From: an uncultured virus (IMG/VR IMGVR_UViG_3300031241_000001)
Taxonomy: Duplodnaviria > Heunggongvirae > Uroviricota > Caudoviricetes
Length of the DNA stretch: 64,000 nucleotides
Strand: one strand, 5' to 3'
Virus record (IMG/VR): IMGVR_UViG_3300031241_000001
Position numbers and translations under genes: made by a program. Shown here one piece after another: positions 1 through 12,088 of the stretch (position 1 is the stretch's first letter; every line of letters starts with the position of its first letter). The notes below the pieces were generated by a model that did not search any database, was not told the DNA's origin, and saw only the letters and a program-made list of their open reading frames with translations.

Positions 1-273
1 TCATCGAGCGCCGGGGGTCCTTCGGATCTGTCCCGGCGCGGACCTGGATCATCGTGGGGGCGTCGCCGTGCCGGTACAGGCTCCCCTCGGCGTACTGCCA
101 GCCGTAGTGCGTGATCTCGGGCGCGTACGGGTCGCCGAGGATCTCCTCGACTAGGACGGGGATGAGCGGGTGGGCGAGTTGGTGGAGCTCGACCCACCGG
201 CGGGAGCCGACGTGATGAAACGTTCCGCGTTCGTAGCGGTAGGCCCAGAGGTCCCATGAGCGACCGACGATGC

Positions 274-732
274 TCATGGTGGACCTTTTGCCTCGACGGT
301 CACGCGGTAGTGCAGGTCGGGAATGGCGTCGAAGCGTACGAGGTTCGCGATCTCCACGTCGTCGACGTAGTAGACAGCGCACAGACGGTAAGCCGCGTCC
401 TTGGACTGGAGCATGTCGAGGTCGAACGCGCCGTTGTACCCGACGATCGTGTTCGGTACGACCTCACACGCATCAGTCTTGGAGGGCGCGTCGGTTGCGG
501 TCGTCGTCGGCACGACCACAACTTCGCGCTTCTCGGCGTCCCAGTGCAGGCGTGCCTCGCCCTTCGCGATGAGGGTGACGGCCAGTGGCAGGATGTCCGG
601 GAAGAATTCGCGCGCGGCCTTGTCGCTCCACGAGTAGCACGAGGACTTGCCGGCGCCGCGGAGTGCCGCGTCCTGCCCTTTGTCCCATGCCTCGCGGATG
701 AGTCTGTTGATCTTGCGGAGGTTGATGCGCAT
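274..732 (-). CDS. hypothetical protein
   Basis: 152 aa ORF coupled to both neighbours by overlapping codons. Confidence 0.7.
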   Translation of the reverse strand: MRINLRKINRLIREAWDKGQDAALRGAGKSSCYSWSDKAAREFFPDILPLAVTLIAKGEARLHWDAEKREVVVVPTTTATDAPSKTDACEVVPNTIVGYNGAFDLDMLQSKDAAYRLCAVYYVDDVEIANLVRFDAIPDLHYRVTVEAKGPP

Positions 733-2063
733 CAGGCGTCGCCCTCCTCGTACAGCGCCAGCTCCGTGAACTTCGTGCTGGTCACGGCCTCAAGATCGTA
801 GAGTCCCTCACCGCAGCAGATCTCCGCGAAGACGGGCGCGTACGCCTGTGCCTGTTCCAGCGAGACGAACACACGCTTGCTGACGAAGTGCCCCTTCACG
901 TCGAGTGCCCGTCTCGGCCCTTCGACGCGGACCTGGTACACGGTCCTCACGCTTGGTCCTCCGGCGGCGTGGCACCGGCGGCGACGAAGTGGAGGTCCTG
1001 GCCCCGTGCGCGGAAGATCGCGCGCAGGTGGAGGATCAGGTCCGCGAGCGCCTCGGTGGCGTCGTCGTAGCCTGTGATGCCGATGCCCCCCTTGGTCTCG
1101 TCGAGGAGGAACATGATCGCGCGGTCCGATTCCCGCTTCTCGGGGTGGGCGTTGAACGCTTCGATCAGGGTGTCGCAAATGCGGGTGAGTCGATCCTTGG
1201 GGACGTCGCTCTTGGTGGCGTCGATCATGGGGCCTCTCGCGTGTTGCAGTCGATGGCGTCGAGGGTGCTCTGCGGACGCCACGCGATGCACGGCAGGTCG
1301 GGGTGGGCGGCGTGCCCACGCGCGATCGCGTCGGCGTGCTCTTGGCCGATCGCGCCTTGGCCGAAGCCGCACGCGCAGTCGACTTCGAGCTTGGTCTCGC
1401 AGCTCGCGCCGCGCCAACAGACGTGCGGTTGGAACGTGGTCTGGTGAGCGTTCATTCGCCACGTCTCCAAGCACGCAGGGCTTTCTCGAGCTGCGTCTTG
1501 TTCCAGTACGGCCCGCGCTCCGCCTCACCGTGCATGCGCAGGATGGGCGAGAGCCAGACCTGGTCGGAGTTACCGACGATGCCGCCGCTCGTGCGCACAC
1601 GCCAGCGCTCGGTGCGCATCTCTCCGGCTCGGGGTCCCATGGGCCGGTGGACCTCGAAACCGTAGCGGTTGGCCCGCACGATGCTGATCGTGAGCTTGTC
1701 GAGGACCTCGCGTGTGCGCGCGGGTTCATGCGAGGGCCGTGCGTTCTCACGACTTCCCTCGAAGCGCCGCGTTGATCTGGTCCCGCAGCCACAGGAGGTC
1801 TTTGCGGGACATCGACGCGGTGCCGATCGCGAAGTGCTTGCCGGGTGCGCCGCGCCGCGTCTTCACTCTCGCGCGGACCTGTAGCCCCCACCGAGCGTTC
1901 TCCTCACCGTGCGTGCGTGCACTCGCCGTGCACCAGAGGCGCACGCCGTCCTTGTCGCAGCCGGGGTCCCAGCGATCGCGGATGGGGTCGTGGAGCGTGG
2001 TCTCGACGTGGTCGATCGCGCGGAACTCGGTGGACGGCTTGGCAGGGTCCTTGGACTTCTGGC

Positions 2064-2765
2064 TCACCGGTGCATCTCCTGGCCCTCGGCCCCGTCCCAC
2101 ACCATGTGCGTGTCGCCGGGGAAGATTCGGTAGTAGTCGATCTCCGCGTACGCGACGTGGTGGGTGCCGCCGTCGGTCATCTTGGCCCAGGCGCGGAGGG
2201 CCTCGTCGCGTCCGACCGCGCCGGTGCAGTCGGTCCAGCAGCCGTCCATGCCATCCCACTGGCGCACGACGTAGCTCTCGTACTTGACGAAGATGCCTTC
2301 CGTCTCGCGCATGACGCGGCAGTAGGTTGCGAGCAGGTCGGCGTCGGAGAGCGCGGCGACTTCGTTCGCCGCGAGCACCAGCCGCGGGCCGCTCGGTGCG
2401 CGTGCGGGTTCAGAGGCAGGAGCCGATCGCAGGAGGGCTTCGATGAAGGGCTGAGCCCGTTGGACGCCCTCTGTTCGCGCGCCGTCGATGATCGCCCCCG
2501 CTCCCGTGGCGAAACCGTTCTGTTGCCGCGCGATCTCCCATATTGCGCCCTCGATCGCCACACGTGCGATCTGTTCGATCCGGTCGTGGAGGTCCGCGCG
2601 ATGGTCGAGCAGCTCGACGTATGCGCGCGCGAGCAGTTGGATCGCGTGCGGCGGGACGAGCTTGTCGGGCGTGGCTGCGTTGGCTAAGCCGATCTCTCCA
2701 GCCTGTGCGATCAAGCGTGCGGCGGCCTCGGCGAGGCGCCTCTCGGCGTCTTCGAGCGGCTTCAC
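2064..2765 (-). CDS. hypothetical protein
   Basis: 233 aa ORF, 4-bp overlaps with neighbours, protein-like composition. Confidence 0.7.
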   Translation of the reverse strand: MKPLEDAERRLAEAAARLIAQAGEIGLANAATPDKLVPPHAIQLLARAYVELLDHRADLHDRIEQIARVAIEGAIWEIARQQNGFATGAGAIIDGARTEGVQRAQPFIEALLRSAPASEPARAPSGPRLVLAANEVAALSDADLLATYCRVMRETEGIFVKYESYVVRQWDGMDGCWTDCTGAVGRDEALRAWAKMTDGGTHHVAYAEIDYYRIFPGDTHMVWDGAEGQEMHR

Positions 2766-4998
2766 TTGACGTCCTTTGCGCAGGCGGCCAGCTCGGCCAG
2801 CGCCGCGAAGTCCGCGCTGTGCATGTTCTCCGCGACGCTTCGCGCCGACGCCTCGCAGCGCACGTCTTGGGCTGAGAGGATTTCCCAGTCGCTGTGCTTG
2901 TCCGGCTCGTCGTCGTCGGTCCCGACGAGCAACTCGACGCTCACCGGCAGCACGACGCTGATCCGAATGACGCGCTGGTGCTGGCGCTTCTTGGGCTGCT
3001 CTTTCACGGCAGGTGCTCCTTGGCCTTGGCCCGCATTTCGGCTGTCACGTCGATCTCGATCTCGGCAGTCGTGACGCCGAAGCTCCTGAGTAGGGCGACC
3101 TCTTCCTCGTCGAATGGCCCGATACCACGGCGTAGCATCTCGGTCGTCGAGTCGATCTCGGCCTGCGTCGACCACAGGCGCGCGCGGGGCTCGGCGTACG
3201 GCGGCAAGAAGCCGATCCGCTTGAGGACCAGGGTCTCCGCCTCGTCGTACTCGACGTGGTAGCGGACGACGGTCTCCTCGGCGAGGACCCTCACGCGCGC
3301 ACGCCCTTCGTGATAGCGGTTCGGACCATGGCCGGCGTCACGTAGCCGTCACTGGTGCCCTTGCGCTGACCGCGCTCGAACAAGTCGGGTGTGTTGCCGC
3401 GCAGGACGTTGTCCGCGACGCGGAGCACCACGTCGCGCCCGTGGCGGACCTCGATGGTCCCGCGGCCGTAGCGCCAGCGGTAGGCCACGCCCGCGACGTT
3501 GACCGTCCTCCACGAGCGGCTGCGGCTGCGCTTCACAGGCCCACCGCCAGGTGGAGCTGGTTGATCAGGCGTGCCTGGTCGATCGACATCGCCTTCATGG
3601 AGTCGGGGCAGCCCTTGTCGGTGGCGTCGAGGAAGTCGACGACGAGGTCACGCAGCGCGAGCAACGCGCGCTCGGACTCGCTGCGCTCTGCGTGGATCAT
3701 AGCCCCTTGGGTAGCAGCGAGGATTTCGCGTAGCGTCATGGGATTAACTCGACGGCGGTGATGATCCGGTGGACGTAGGCGTCGAGGTCGTCGACGATCT
3801 TCTGCACGTCCTCAAGCGGGAGGAGGCCCGAGAGCCGGACTTCGATCACGGCTTCCTTGGCGAGGCGCGCGGCGGCGTCGAGCTTGGTGCCGGCAGCGAT
3901 AAGCGCGATGAGGCGCGCACGGTTGCCCGGGGGCATGGTGAAGGCGCTCACGGCTTCTTCGCCTTGAGCCGTCGGATCGTCTCCTTGGCGTCGCGTTCGT
4001 TGTCGATCGTCTTGAGCAGTGCGCTGCCGGTCGGCCGGATCGCGACTTCGATGTGGAAGCCGTAGTCGGTCTTGGTGCGGAGTAGATCGAGCAGCTCGGT
4101 GAGCGTGCCCATCTGGATCTCGCCGCCCTTCTCGACGGCGCGCATGATGCTGTCCGCGCTGGTCCGCAGGGGGTCGTCGACCTTGCCGCGCGTCGGCTTG
4201 TAATCCGCGGCCTTCTGATCTACGTGGCGCTTGGTCACTTGAGTTGCTCCCTTCGGGCGTCGTCGACGTCGGCCTCGTCGATGCGTCGCACGACGTGCTC
4301 GATGATCCGGCGCGGGTCGCTGTTGAGTGACGCGACGCGCACGATCGCGGCGGTCAGGTCGGCCAGGGCCCTGGCGGCGACGCCCCCAGTGTCTTCGCCG
4401 GGTACGTCCTGGCCGAGTGCGATTTCGAGGGCGGTGTCCGCGAGCAGGTGGGGCTCCGCTGCGACGGTGTCCTGGTGCCGTCGCCCTTGTTTGGTCAGCC
4501 ATCCGTCGTCGATCGTGTCGAATAGGCTGACCACGGACTCGATCGCGAGCCGCGGCTTCGCGGAGAGCGCCGCGACGTGGGCGATCGCGTTGGCGAGGTA
4601 GAGCAGGGCCTCGGCGCCGCCCGCGCTTTGTCGCGCGTACCCGACCTCCATGCACAGCGCGATGTGGAAGAGCTGCTGTCCGCGGCGCGTGACCCGCGCG
4701 TGCTCGTCGGGTTTCACGGCACCTTCGTCGGCGCCGGAGCACCCTGGGTGAAAGCGTTCCGCCAGCCTTCTCCGAAGAGGTCGCGGAGGACCGTGGTGAG
4801 CACGACGCGCACCGATCCGCACTTGGTGCATCGACTCATGCTCGACTGCTCGTGGCCGCAGGCGGCGCACGCGCAGCCCGGCGTGAGGTCTTCTTCTTTT
4901 GGTCTCTTCGTCGTCACGTGCTTACCCCTCCTTCGTAGCGGTGTTCGCGTCCTCGCGTAATGGGTGCTGTCGTACTCCCCCGGGCTCCTGGGGCGATC

Positions 4999-5529
4999 TC
5001 AGCCCTTCTTGGGCTTCTTCTTCGGGGGCTTGAGCGGTGACGCCTTCGGCGCCCGCGGCAAGTCCGGTAGCTCTTGACCGCGCGCCGCGGCACGCACGCC
5101 GTTGATGAGCGCTTCGAGTACGGGGGCCCATTCCGGGTCGACGTTGAGCGTGCGTTTTCCGGCGCGCGAGCGTGTGAACCCGACGTCGTGGTGCAGGAGC
5201 ACCGCGTCGACCCAGGCTTCGATCGCTGCGGTCTGGCCGGGGTCGTCGTCCTCGTCCCCGTCGCCGTCGTCCCCTGGGAGTCCCTGGGCGCGCGCGCGGG
5301 CGCTCGCCCGCGCGGCGTTCGCCTCGGCCTCGGCGAGGCCGGCGACCTTCCGTCGGTCCGCCGCCGCCTTGAGCTGCGCCGCCTCCAGCGTGTTCTGGGC
5401 TTTGATCTTGGCGTTGACGATGGACAGCTCACCCTGGAGGTGCACGCGCTCCGCGGGGGGTAGTTGCGCCGCGAGGCGCTCCACGAGCTCAGCGCGCGTT
5501 CGCGCGAGCGACACCTTGTCTTCGATCAT
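4999..5529 (-). CDS. hypothetical coiled-coil protein with Lys-rich tail
   Basis: 176 aa, GGAG upstream, helical N-half, KPPKKKPKKG end. Confidence 0.7.
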   Translation of the reverse strand: MIEDKVSLARTRAELVERLAAQLPPAERVHLQGELSIVNAKIKAQNTLEAAQLKAAADRRKVAGLAEAEANAARASARARAQGLPGDDGDGDEDDDPGQTAAIEAWVDAVLLHHDVGFTRSRAGKRTLNVDPEWAPVLEALINGVRAAARGQELPDLPRAPKASPLKPPKKKPKKG

Positions 5530-5827
5530 TCCTTGCTCTCCAGCTTCTTGGTGAGGATCTGCCCGACGTGGGTGGTGATCGGCCCGTAGACGCGACGGAC
5601 GTAGAACGCCGGCTTCGCCACCTACGCGGCTCCTTCACGGAGGCCGGCCTTGCGGATCTTTTGCGCGAGCGCTGCGAATCGGTCGGCACGTGGACCGGAG
5701 TGGTGCATGTCCGCGGCGTCCATGAGGGCGTCGTAGATGTCGCGCCAGTCACGCACGGAGAAGTGTGTCGCGGCGCCGCGGTGCCGCGGCGCGCTTACCT
5801 TCTTGGGCGTCTTCATCGTCGTGGCCT

Positions 5828-6526
5828 TCATCGATCTTCTCTTCCTGCCAGGTCGACCAGGCGTCGGTGGGTGTTCTCAACGGCCAGCTCCGCCTCGAAT
5901 CGCGCCTCGAAGGCGCGGTTCAGCTCCGCCTTGATCGTGGCTACCAGCACCTCGCACTCGTGCTGATGCCTCCGCGCGCGGGCGTACGCGATGCCCGCTT
6001 CCGCGAGCGGATCTTCGGCGGTCGGTGGCGAAGTGGTCGTGACTTCGACCTCGACCTCCGTGCGCGGGTCTTCGGTGACCGCGGCGATCGGATCTTCGGT
6101 GCTCGGCGCGGGCGCGGGCGCAGGCAGGGACGCTTGTCGTGGCGGCGGGGGAGCTGGCAGGATCTTCGGGCCGTTGGCCGTGATCAGCACGGGCGTCCAC
6201 GCCTCGAAGTTGTTGCGGGCCATCGCCTCGTCGAGCACGGTGATCACCGTCTCGTCGCGCACGACCGCGTAGTACGTCGCGTGGTGGCACGCGACCGAGC
6301 GGAGCGTCGTGACGGCCTCGGGGGCGCGGTGGTCGAGCACCTGGTAGTTGAACTCGGCGTAGCCGAGGCGCTCGTCGAGCAGGTTGCCCAGGTCGTTGTC
6401 GTTGCGGTGGCGGAACTCCTCGTCGACGCGCTCGCGGAAGCGCTCGATCGCGTGCTCGCTGATCGTGAGGCGGCGCTTGTGCGCGCGGGTGGGGGCGCGG
6501 GCGGATCGGGAGGTGAAGGCGCTCAT
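5828..6526 (-). CDS. hypothetical protein
   Basis: 232 aa, ISEHAIERFRER N-terminal segment and Pro-rich linker. Confidence 0.7.
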   Translation of the reverse strand: MSAFTSRSARAPTRAHKRRLTISEHAIERFRERVDEEFRHRNDNDLGNLLDERLGYAEFNYQVLDHRAPEAVTTLRSVACHHATYYAVVRDETVITVLDEAMARNNFEAWTPVLITANGPKILPAPPPPRQASLPAPAPAPSTEDPIAAVTEDPRTEVEVEVTTTSPPTAEDPLAEAGIAYARARRHQHECEVLVATIKAELNRAFEARFEAELAVENTHRRLVDLAGREDR

Positions 6527-7473
6527 GGCTTGCGGCTATCGTCACCGGAGTTCAGGGACTCGTCGAAGGGTACGGTCACTGCCAGTCCCCGTGCGGCCAG
6601 TCCCCGCGCTCGACGCGCTCGGCCGCCTTCAGCTGGATTCCCCGCGAGGTCCCGTCGCCGTCGCAGACGTGGCAGCAGGCCCGCCGCGCCAGCTCTTCGA
6701 TCTCCCAGGGTGCCCCCAGCTGGATCGCGGCAGAGCGCAGGAACGTGCGCGCGCCCTCCTCGTAGAACTCCAGCGCCGCTGCGTGGCGCAGCAGCTCGAC
6801 GACTCTCGCACGTTGGGCGGTTGGCAAGGGCATGGTGGGTTCCTAGTCGTAGGGGTCGTACGTGCGGACGACCCGGGGTTCGTCACCGTCGAGGTAGATG
6901 ACGGGGGAGAGCTTCGTGCGATCGCGCATGGCGCGTTTCATGTCGACGAGGAACTCGTCCGTGATCGCCGGCAGGTCTTTCGGTGCGACGACGATGACGA
7001 TCTCGAGGTCGAAGCGCCCGTGGTGCCGCAGGAGGTTCGCGGTGTCCTTGTCCGCGCAGCGCTCCTCGACGCGCGCCATGAGCCATTGCATGTGTTCTCG
7101 ATCGACCGGGACCTTGTGCACCACTCACCACCTCTCGATGTAACCGTGCCCGGGGCAGCCCTTGCGCGGGCACTTCACGCGCTTGTAGCCGTCGGGGCCG
7201 CCGCCGATGTCCCTGCCGTGCTGGCTCTCGACCTCTTCGGGCAGGTACTCGATGACCGCCTTGCACGAGTCGCACGCGACACGTTTGCCCTTCGGTGGCA
7301 AGCGTGGAGTTCACGCGCCTCGGTGGCGGCCGACTTCAGCGGACGGCGGTCGTGCGTGTTCGACGGTGCTCCACGGCACCAGGGACCATCGTGCCCGCAC
7401 GAGCACTGGTAGCGCGCCTTGTCGCCGCACCACAGTACGCGCAGCAGGCGGTGATCGCTTTCGTTTGGTTTGT

Positions 7474-7692
7474 TCATGGGGCTGCCTTCGAGGCTCCGAC
7501 CTCTTCCCAGCGGTCGACGCCCGGGATGAGCCCGAGCGTCGAGCCGTTGTCCCATTGGACGTGGACGGTCCCGAGGTCGTCGACCAGCGTGACCGTGCCT
7601 TCGAGGCCGGGCAGGTTGGACGAGTGCTCGTCCGCGTAGCCGTAGCGGACGAGGCGGACGCGCCGACCGACGGGCGCGGGGGCTGTCTTCAT
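7474..7692 (-). CDS. DUF4314-like small protein
   Basis: GRRVRLV...GLEGTVTLVDDLGTVHVQWDNGSTLGLIPGVD matches my recollection of DUF4314. Confidence 0.75.
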   Translation of the reverse strand: MKTAPAPVGRRVRLVRYGYADEHSSNLPGLEGTVTLVDDLGTVHVQWDNGSTLGLIPGVDRWEEVGASKAAP

Positions 7693-8246
7693 CGCGGCGG
7701 CCTCCGCACACCCAGGGCGGCGCCGGTGATCTTGACCTTGTCGCAGGCGTCGTCGTGCGCGCGCCGCCACCACACGACGCCCTCGATGTCGTGCGTACGA
7801 AAGAACTCGACGAGGCCGGCCTTGTCGCGCGGCACGGCGTCGAGGATGTCGTAGCCGTGACGGATCAGGCGGTGCTCGCGCAGCCCTTCCGGGTTGCCGC
7901 CGATCTTCGGTCCGCACGCTTCGTACGTGCCGTCTGCGACCCAGGCGGCTCCGGCGGCTCGGATCCACTGGTCTTCGGGACGCTCCGCGGGTACCCAGCC
8001 CGGGTGGTGCCCCGTGTTCGGATCGGGGTCCTGCGCGGGCTCGAAGCCGGGGGGTGGCGCCTTGCCGCGCTTGGCGTCGTAGCGCGCGAACAGGCGCCCG
8101 TCGCGCACGAGGACCGCGGTGCCGTCCCACTTCCGTGTGGCGACGCCCTCGCCGGCGACGACCCACGCGGCGCCCGGGTGGAAATCGTCGGTGAGGACCC
8201 GCGGGTTGCTCGGGTCGCGGGCGAAGAGGGAGGAGATCTTCTTCAT
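7689..8246 (-). CDS. RNA ligase-like nucleotidyltransferase (DUF5565/RLIG1-like)
   Basis: ATRKWDGT (motif I KxDG), YEACGPKIGGNPE, IEGVVW, terminal VKI. Confidence 0.7.
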   Translation of the reverse strand: MKKISSLFARDPSNPRVLTDDFHPGAAWVVAGEGVATRKWDGTAVLVRDGRLFARYDAKRGKAPPPGFEPAQDPDPNTGHHPGWVPAERPEDQWIRAAGAAWVADGTYEACGPKIGGNPEGLREHRLIRHGYDILDAVPRDKAGLVEFFRTHDIEGVVWWRRAHDDACDKVKITGAALGVRRPPR

Positions 8247-9760
8247 GGGACCCTCTTGAGGGGACGACAGAACAGGTGGGGCAGCGTGAGCGCGAGCTGG
8301 GTCAGCCGCGCGCCGAGGCGGCACAGAGCCTCGTGGAACTCGGCGTCGAGGTGGTTGGAGGATTCGCTGTGCCCGAGTTCATGCAGCAGCAGCTGGTTGA
8401 GGTCCACGGTCGGCCGCATGACCTCGTCGCCCTCCTCCAGCGGGCCGTCCACACACGCCTCGAAGAAGGCGTGCCCCAGCCGACCGAGGTTGAGCACGAG
8501 CCCCTGGTCGCCGTAGCAGGCGGCCCAGCCCTCGGTGACGTCGGAGAGGATCGACACCTTGACGGGCGTCTGGACCAGCTCGCGACAGACGACCTCGGCG
8601 TACTCGACGACCGCGCGCATCTCTCGCGTCCACTTTTCGCGCGGCACCCAGGTGTCCTTGCCGTCGGGGGCGAACAGCGCCTTCTTGGTCGGCGCGATCT
8701 GGCCGGCGGGCCGCGTCTTGGCGCCGTCGTGCTTCTTGACGTTCGCCCACTGGTCGGCGGTGAGCTGGCCACCCTTGATGAGCATGTACCCCTGCGCGAC
8801 GAGGTTCATGTTCGCTTCGGGGTCGGAAGGGTCCCAGATCGCGCGCTTCTCTCCGTACTTGAGGTCGAGCGCCTTGGAGACGGCCTCGGGCGCCGCGTGC
8901 TCGTCGGCGAGCGCCTCGTTCACGAACGTGGCGTTGGCGTCTTCGGTCGAGAGCTCCGCGTGCATCGCATTGACGACGACCGTGCGCACGTCTCGCAGGT
9001 AGCCGGGCGTGACGTTGTCGCGGTCCATGTTGAGGACGGTCTTCTGCTCGATCGACACGTCCCACTTGTCGCCGGTCTCGACCACGGGGATCCCCAGCTC
9101 GTAGAGCATCGGGACCTGACCTGGCAGCGGAGCGTAGATGCTCACGGTCGTCTTGCGTGACGACCGGCGGAGGACACCCTCCTCGTCGGCGACCTCGGTC
9201 GCGAGCGTCGCCTCGACCGTCTTGATCGGCGTGCGGGCCGGCAGGGGTTCGCCGTTGACGGTGATCGTGACGCCGGACGGGGCGATGAGCCGACGCAGAC
9301 CGTCCTTGATCTCCGTCAGCTCGGCGCGGGTGATGCGCGCGATGCCCATGAACTCGGTGCCGCGTTCGCGGCGGGCACGCATGTTCGTTCGCCCGCGCCC
9401 GTCGAACATGACCGCGCCCTTGGTCGAGATGATCGACGCCTCAGTGCAGAGCGCGAGCACGAGCTTTTCGCCGAGATTAAAGCGCCCTCGCTTGGTCGGG
9501 TACGCCTTGCGGCTCGACTCGGCGAACAGTGTCCACGCGTGGGTCAGGTCGGTGAAGCCGTCCGGCGCGTCGTCTCGCACGACGATGGTGGCGTGCGGGA
9601 CGCCTTCCTCGGGTTCCAGCACGACCTCGACGCGGGTGACCCCGTCGGCGTCGAGCGCGTTGCCGATCAGCTCGTGGACGAGCGCGATCTTGCCGCGGCG
9701 CTCGATCAGCTTGGCGAGCCCTCGACGATCGATCTCGAACCAGTTCTTGGCTTCGCTCAC
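8243..9760 (-). CDS. GHKL-type ATPase with C-terminal HExxH (zincin-like) segment
   Basis: HELIGNALDA (N box), VRDDAPDGF, RGRFNLGEK; C-terminal LLHELGH..NHLDAEFH. Confidence 0.75.
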   Translation of the reverse strand: MSEAKNWFEIDRRGLAKLIERRGKIALVHELIGNALDADGVTRVEVVLEPEEGVPHATIVVRDDAPDGFTDLTHAWTLFAESSRKAYPTKRGRFNLGEKLVLALCTEASIISTKGAVMFDGRGRTNMRARRERGTEFMGIARITRAELTEIKDGLRRLIAPSGVTITVNGEPLPARTPIKTVEATLATEVADEEGVLRRSSRKTTVSIYAPLPGQVPMLYELGIPVVETGDKWDVSIEQKTVLNMDRDNVTPGYLRDVRTVVVNAMHAELSTEDANATFVNEALADEHAAPEAVSKALDLKYGEKRAIWDPSDPEANMNLVAQGYMLIKGGQLTADQWANVKKHDGAKTRPAGQIAPTKKALFAPDGKDTWVPREKWTREMRAVVEYAEVVCRELVQTPVKVSILSDVTEGWAACYGDQGLVLNLGRLGHAFFEACVDGPLEEGDEVMRPTVDLNQLLLHELGHSESSNHLDAEFHEALCRLGARLTQLALTLPHLFCRPLKRVP

Positions 9761-10860
9761 AGGTTCTCCTTAGAGCAGCTTGACGTGGGAGATGACGTTG
9801 CTGATGGGAGGCTCGGTGCGGACGTGGTCGACGTGGACGACGATGTTGCGGACGCGCAGGTCCTCGGCCTCGTCCTCGACCTCGAACTCCGGCGTGACGT
9901 CGCGGAACGTGCGGTAACCGAAGCCGGCCTCGCCGGACGACCAGACGTCACGTCCCACGAGCACGTGCTCCAGGGCCTCCTCGGGCGAGGAGCTGTCGGG
10001 CACGGCCCAGGTTAGCTCGCCCTTTTTGGGGGCGCGGAACTCGATCCAGACGCGGAGCGTGTCGCGGACCTCGACGAGGGCCTTGGCGCTCACGGTGTCG
10101 CGCCCTCGCGGCTGCCGAACGCGCGGTCGATCACGCCGTGCACGTCGACCACCAGTCTGATCGCGTCGCGCAGCGCTGCGTGGTTCATGAAGCTGCCGTC
10201 GTCGTCGCAGAGGTCGGCGGGGTCGGTCCACAGTAGCGCGTGACCATGCGCCGTCTTGGGCAGTGGCGCGACGGCACGCTCGATGATCGCGTCGCAGCCG
10301 ACCGGCAGGCTGACCTCGACGCTGCAAAGCTTGCCGGCGTGCTCGACCGTCCGCCCCGTGAGCAGGACGTTGAGGCCGATGCCGTTGCCGGACGGCGTGC
10401 TCGTGTACAACTTCACGGCGTCGCCTTGGGCGAGCGCGGGACGTCGGGGACGAAGTGTCCGACGTCGATGAACTCGACCCCGTCGTCGCGCGTCTGCGCG
10501 CAGTAGAGGTAGAAGGTCCCGGCGACGCCGGGTTCGCGGTGCGTGACCGCGCACGTCTCGTGCGGGTCGCAGGCGAGCAGGACGAACTGGAAGATAGCGG
10601 TAACGATCGAGAGCATGGTCAGGAGTCCTTCTGCGCGGCGAACGCGCGGGTGGGAGCTTCCGGGAGCGCGAGGTCGCGCAGGCGGAAGCGCAGGTAGACG
10701 CCGGGGGACGGCGTGGCACGAAACACGGCCTCGACCGAGTGTGTGCCCGGGCACTGGCTGACGTAGTGCATCGTCTCCGAGGTGATGAGCCTCTGCGGAG
10801 GCTCCAGCACGACCCAGGCGCCGTCGTGGAACCAGCGCCAGGGTTGGGCGAAGGGCTCCA

Positions 10861-10920
10861 TGATCGACTGCACCCGCGGCGTGGCGTCCGTGATCGACTG
10901 CACCTGCGGCGTGGCGTCCA
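10861..10920. repeat. 30-bp in-frame tandem duplication inside ORF 10619-11116
   Basis: tgatcgactgcacc(c/t)gcggcgtggcgtcc(g/a) twice; encodes DATPQVQSI/DATPRVQSI. Confidence 0.9.
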
Positions 10921-11112
10921 TCGGAGACGCCGTGACGTTGTTGAGGCGGGACGCCTCGGCGCGAGCGTCGGCGCGACGGTCGTGCTCGGACTGTTGCTGG
11001 CCGGTCTCGCGATCGCGCACGACCCACGTGCGGTCGCGTGGCGGTGGCGGGTTGAGCGAGCCGAGGTTGTCGCAGGGCTCGACGACGTAGCGAAGGTATC
11101 GAGTGGGCACCT

Positions 11113-11709
11113 TCATGACTGGTCCTCCTCGGTGCGGGGGCGCTCCCACGTCAGCTCGCCCGGGTGGCAGTCGCTGTAGGTGTCGCGACCGTCGGACACG
11201 TGGAGGCCGCACGCGGCGGCGAAGGCCGCGAGGTCGAACGCGGCGTCGCTGGCCGCGAACTCGACGGCGATCGCGTTCGCCGTCGCCGCGACTCCGAAGC
11301 GTAGCTCCAGCTCGCGCTCGCGCCACACGTCGTCGCCGTCGTTCAGGCGACGATCGGAGAACGCCTCGACGCGGCCCTTGATGGCGCGGGCCACCAGGTC
11401 GTAGGGGGCGACCGTCTTCGCGCCTTGCTGTGCCTTGACGGCTGCGATCGCGAGGTCGATCGCCTTGTCGAGTGAGCGGGAGCCCCCGTGCGCGATCATC
11501 TGGCGCGTGGGCCCCTCACCGCGGCACTCGTTGACGAAGCCCCCGCCGGTGAGGCCGATCAAGATTGTGACGCGCGTGTCGACGTCGTCACGGAAGATCT
11601 TGACCTGGTCATCTTGGGCGATTGGATCGGCGGCCTCGACGAGGTGCGCGGCGAGGCCGACCTCTGCGAGGCGCGTGATGATCCACCGCTTGTCTTCCGG
11701 GAGGATCAC
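11113..11709 (-). CDS. hypothetical protein, paralogue of 12089-12400
   Basis: Both share ILPED...DDQ(V/I)xIFxxDVDTRVTI...SLxKAIDxAIxxVKAQQGAK. Confidence 0.75.
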   Translation of the reverse strand: MILPEDKRWIITRLAEVGLAAHLVEAADPIAQDDQVKIFRDDVDTRVTILIGLTGGGFVNECRGEGPTRQMIAHGGSRSLDKAIDLAIAAVKAQQGAKTVAPYDLVARAIKGRVEAFSDRRLNDGDDVWRERELELRFGVAATANAIAVEFAASDAAFDLAAFAAACGLHVSDGRDTYSDCHPGELTWERPRTEEDQS

Positions 11710-12088
11710 GTTGCCTTCTTCGTACCCTGCGAGGGCTTGATCTTGTCGATCTGGTTGATGCGCTCGTAGCGCGGGCCGGGGACTTCCTTGGCCAGCGACG
11801 GCAAGAGGAACAGGTAGCCGCCGGTCACCGTATCGGGCACGCACTCCGCGAGGCCGAACGTGACGAGCTTGAACATCGCGGTGACGTTGAGCCCGTAGAT
11901 CTTCTCGCGCACCGTGCCCACGACGTGGTTCACGTCGGTGTACGGCACCTCGCGGTACCAGGAGCCCCTGGCATTGATGAGCTTGCCGCCGACCGTGCGC
12001 AGCACGTCGTACTGGTACTGCTGGGCGTCGGAGAGGAAGCGCCCGTTGGGGAGTGTGGTGCGAGGGAAGCGCTTCGGCATGAAGGGGG

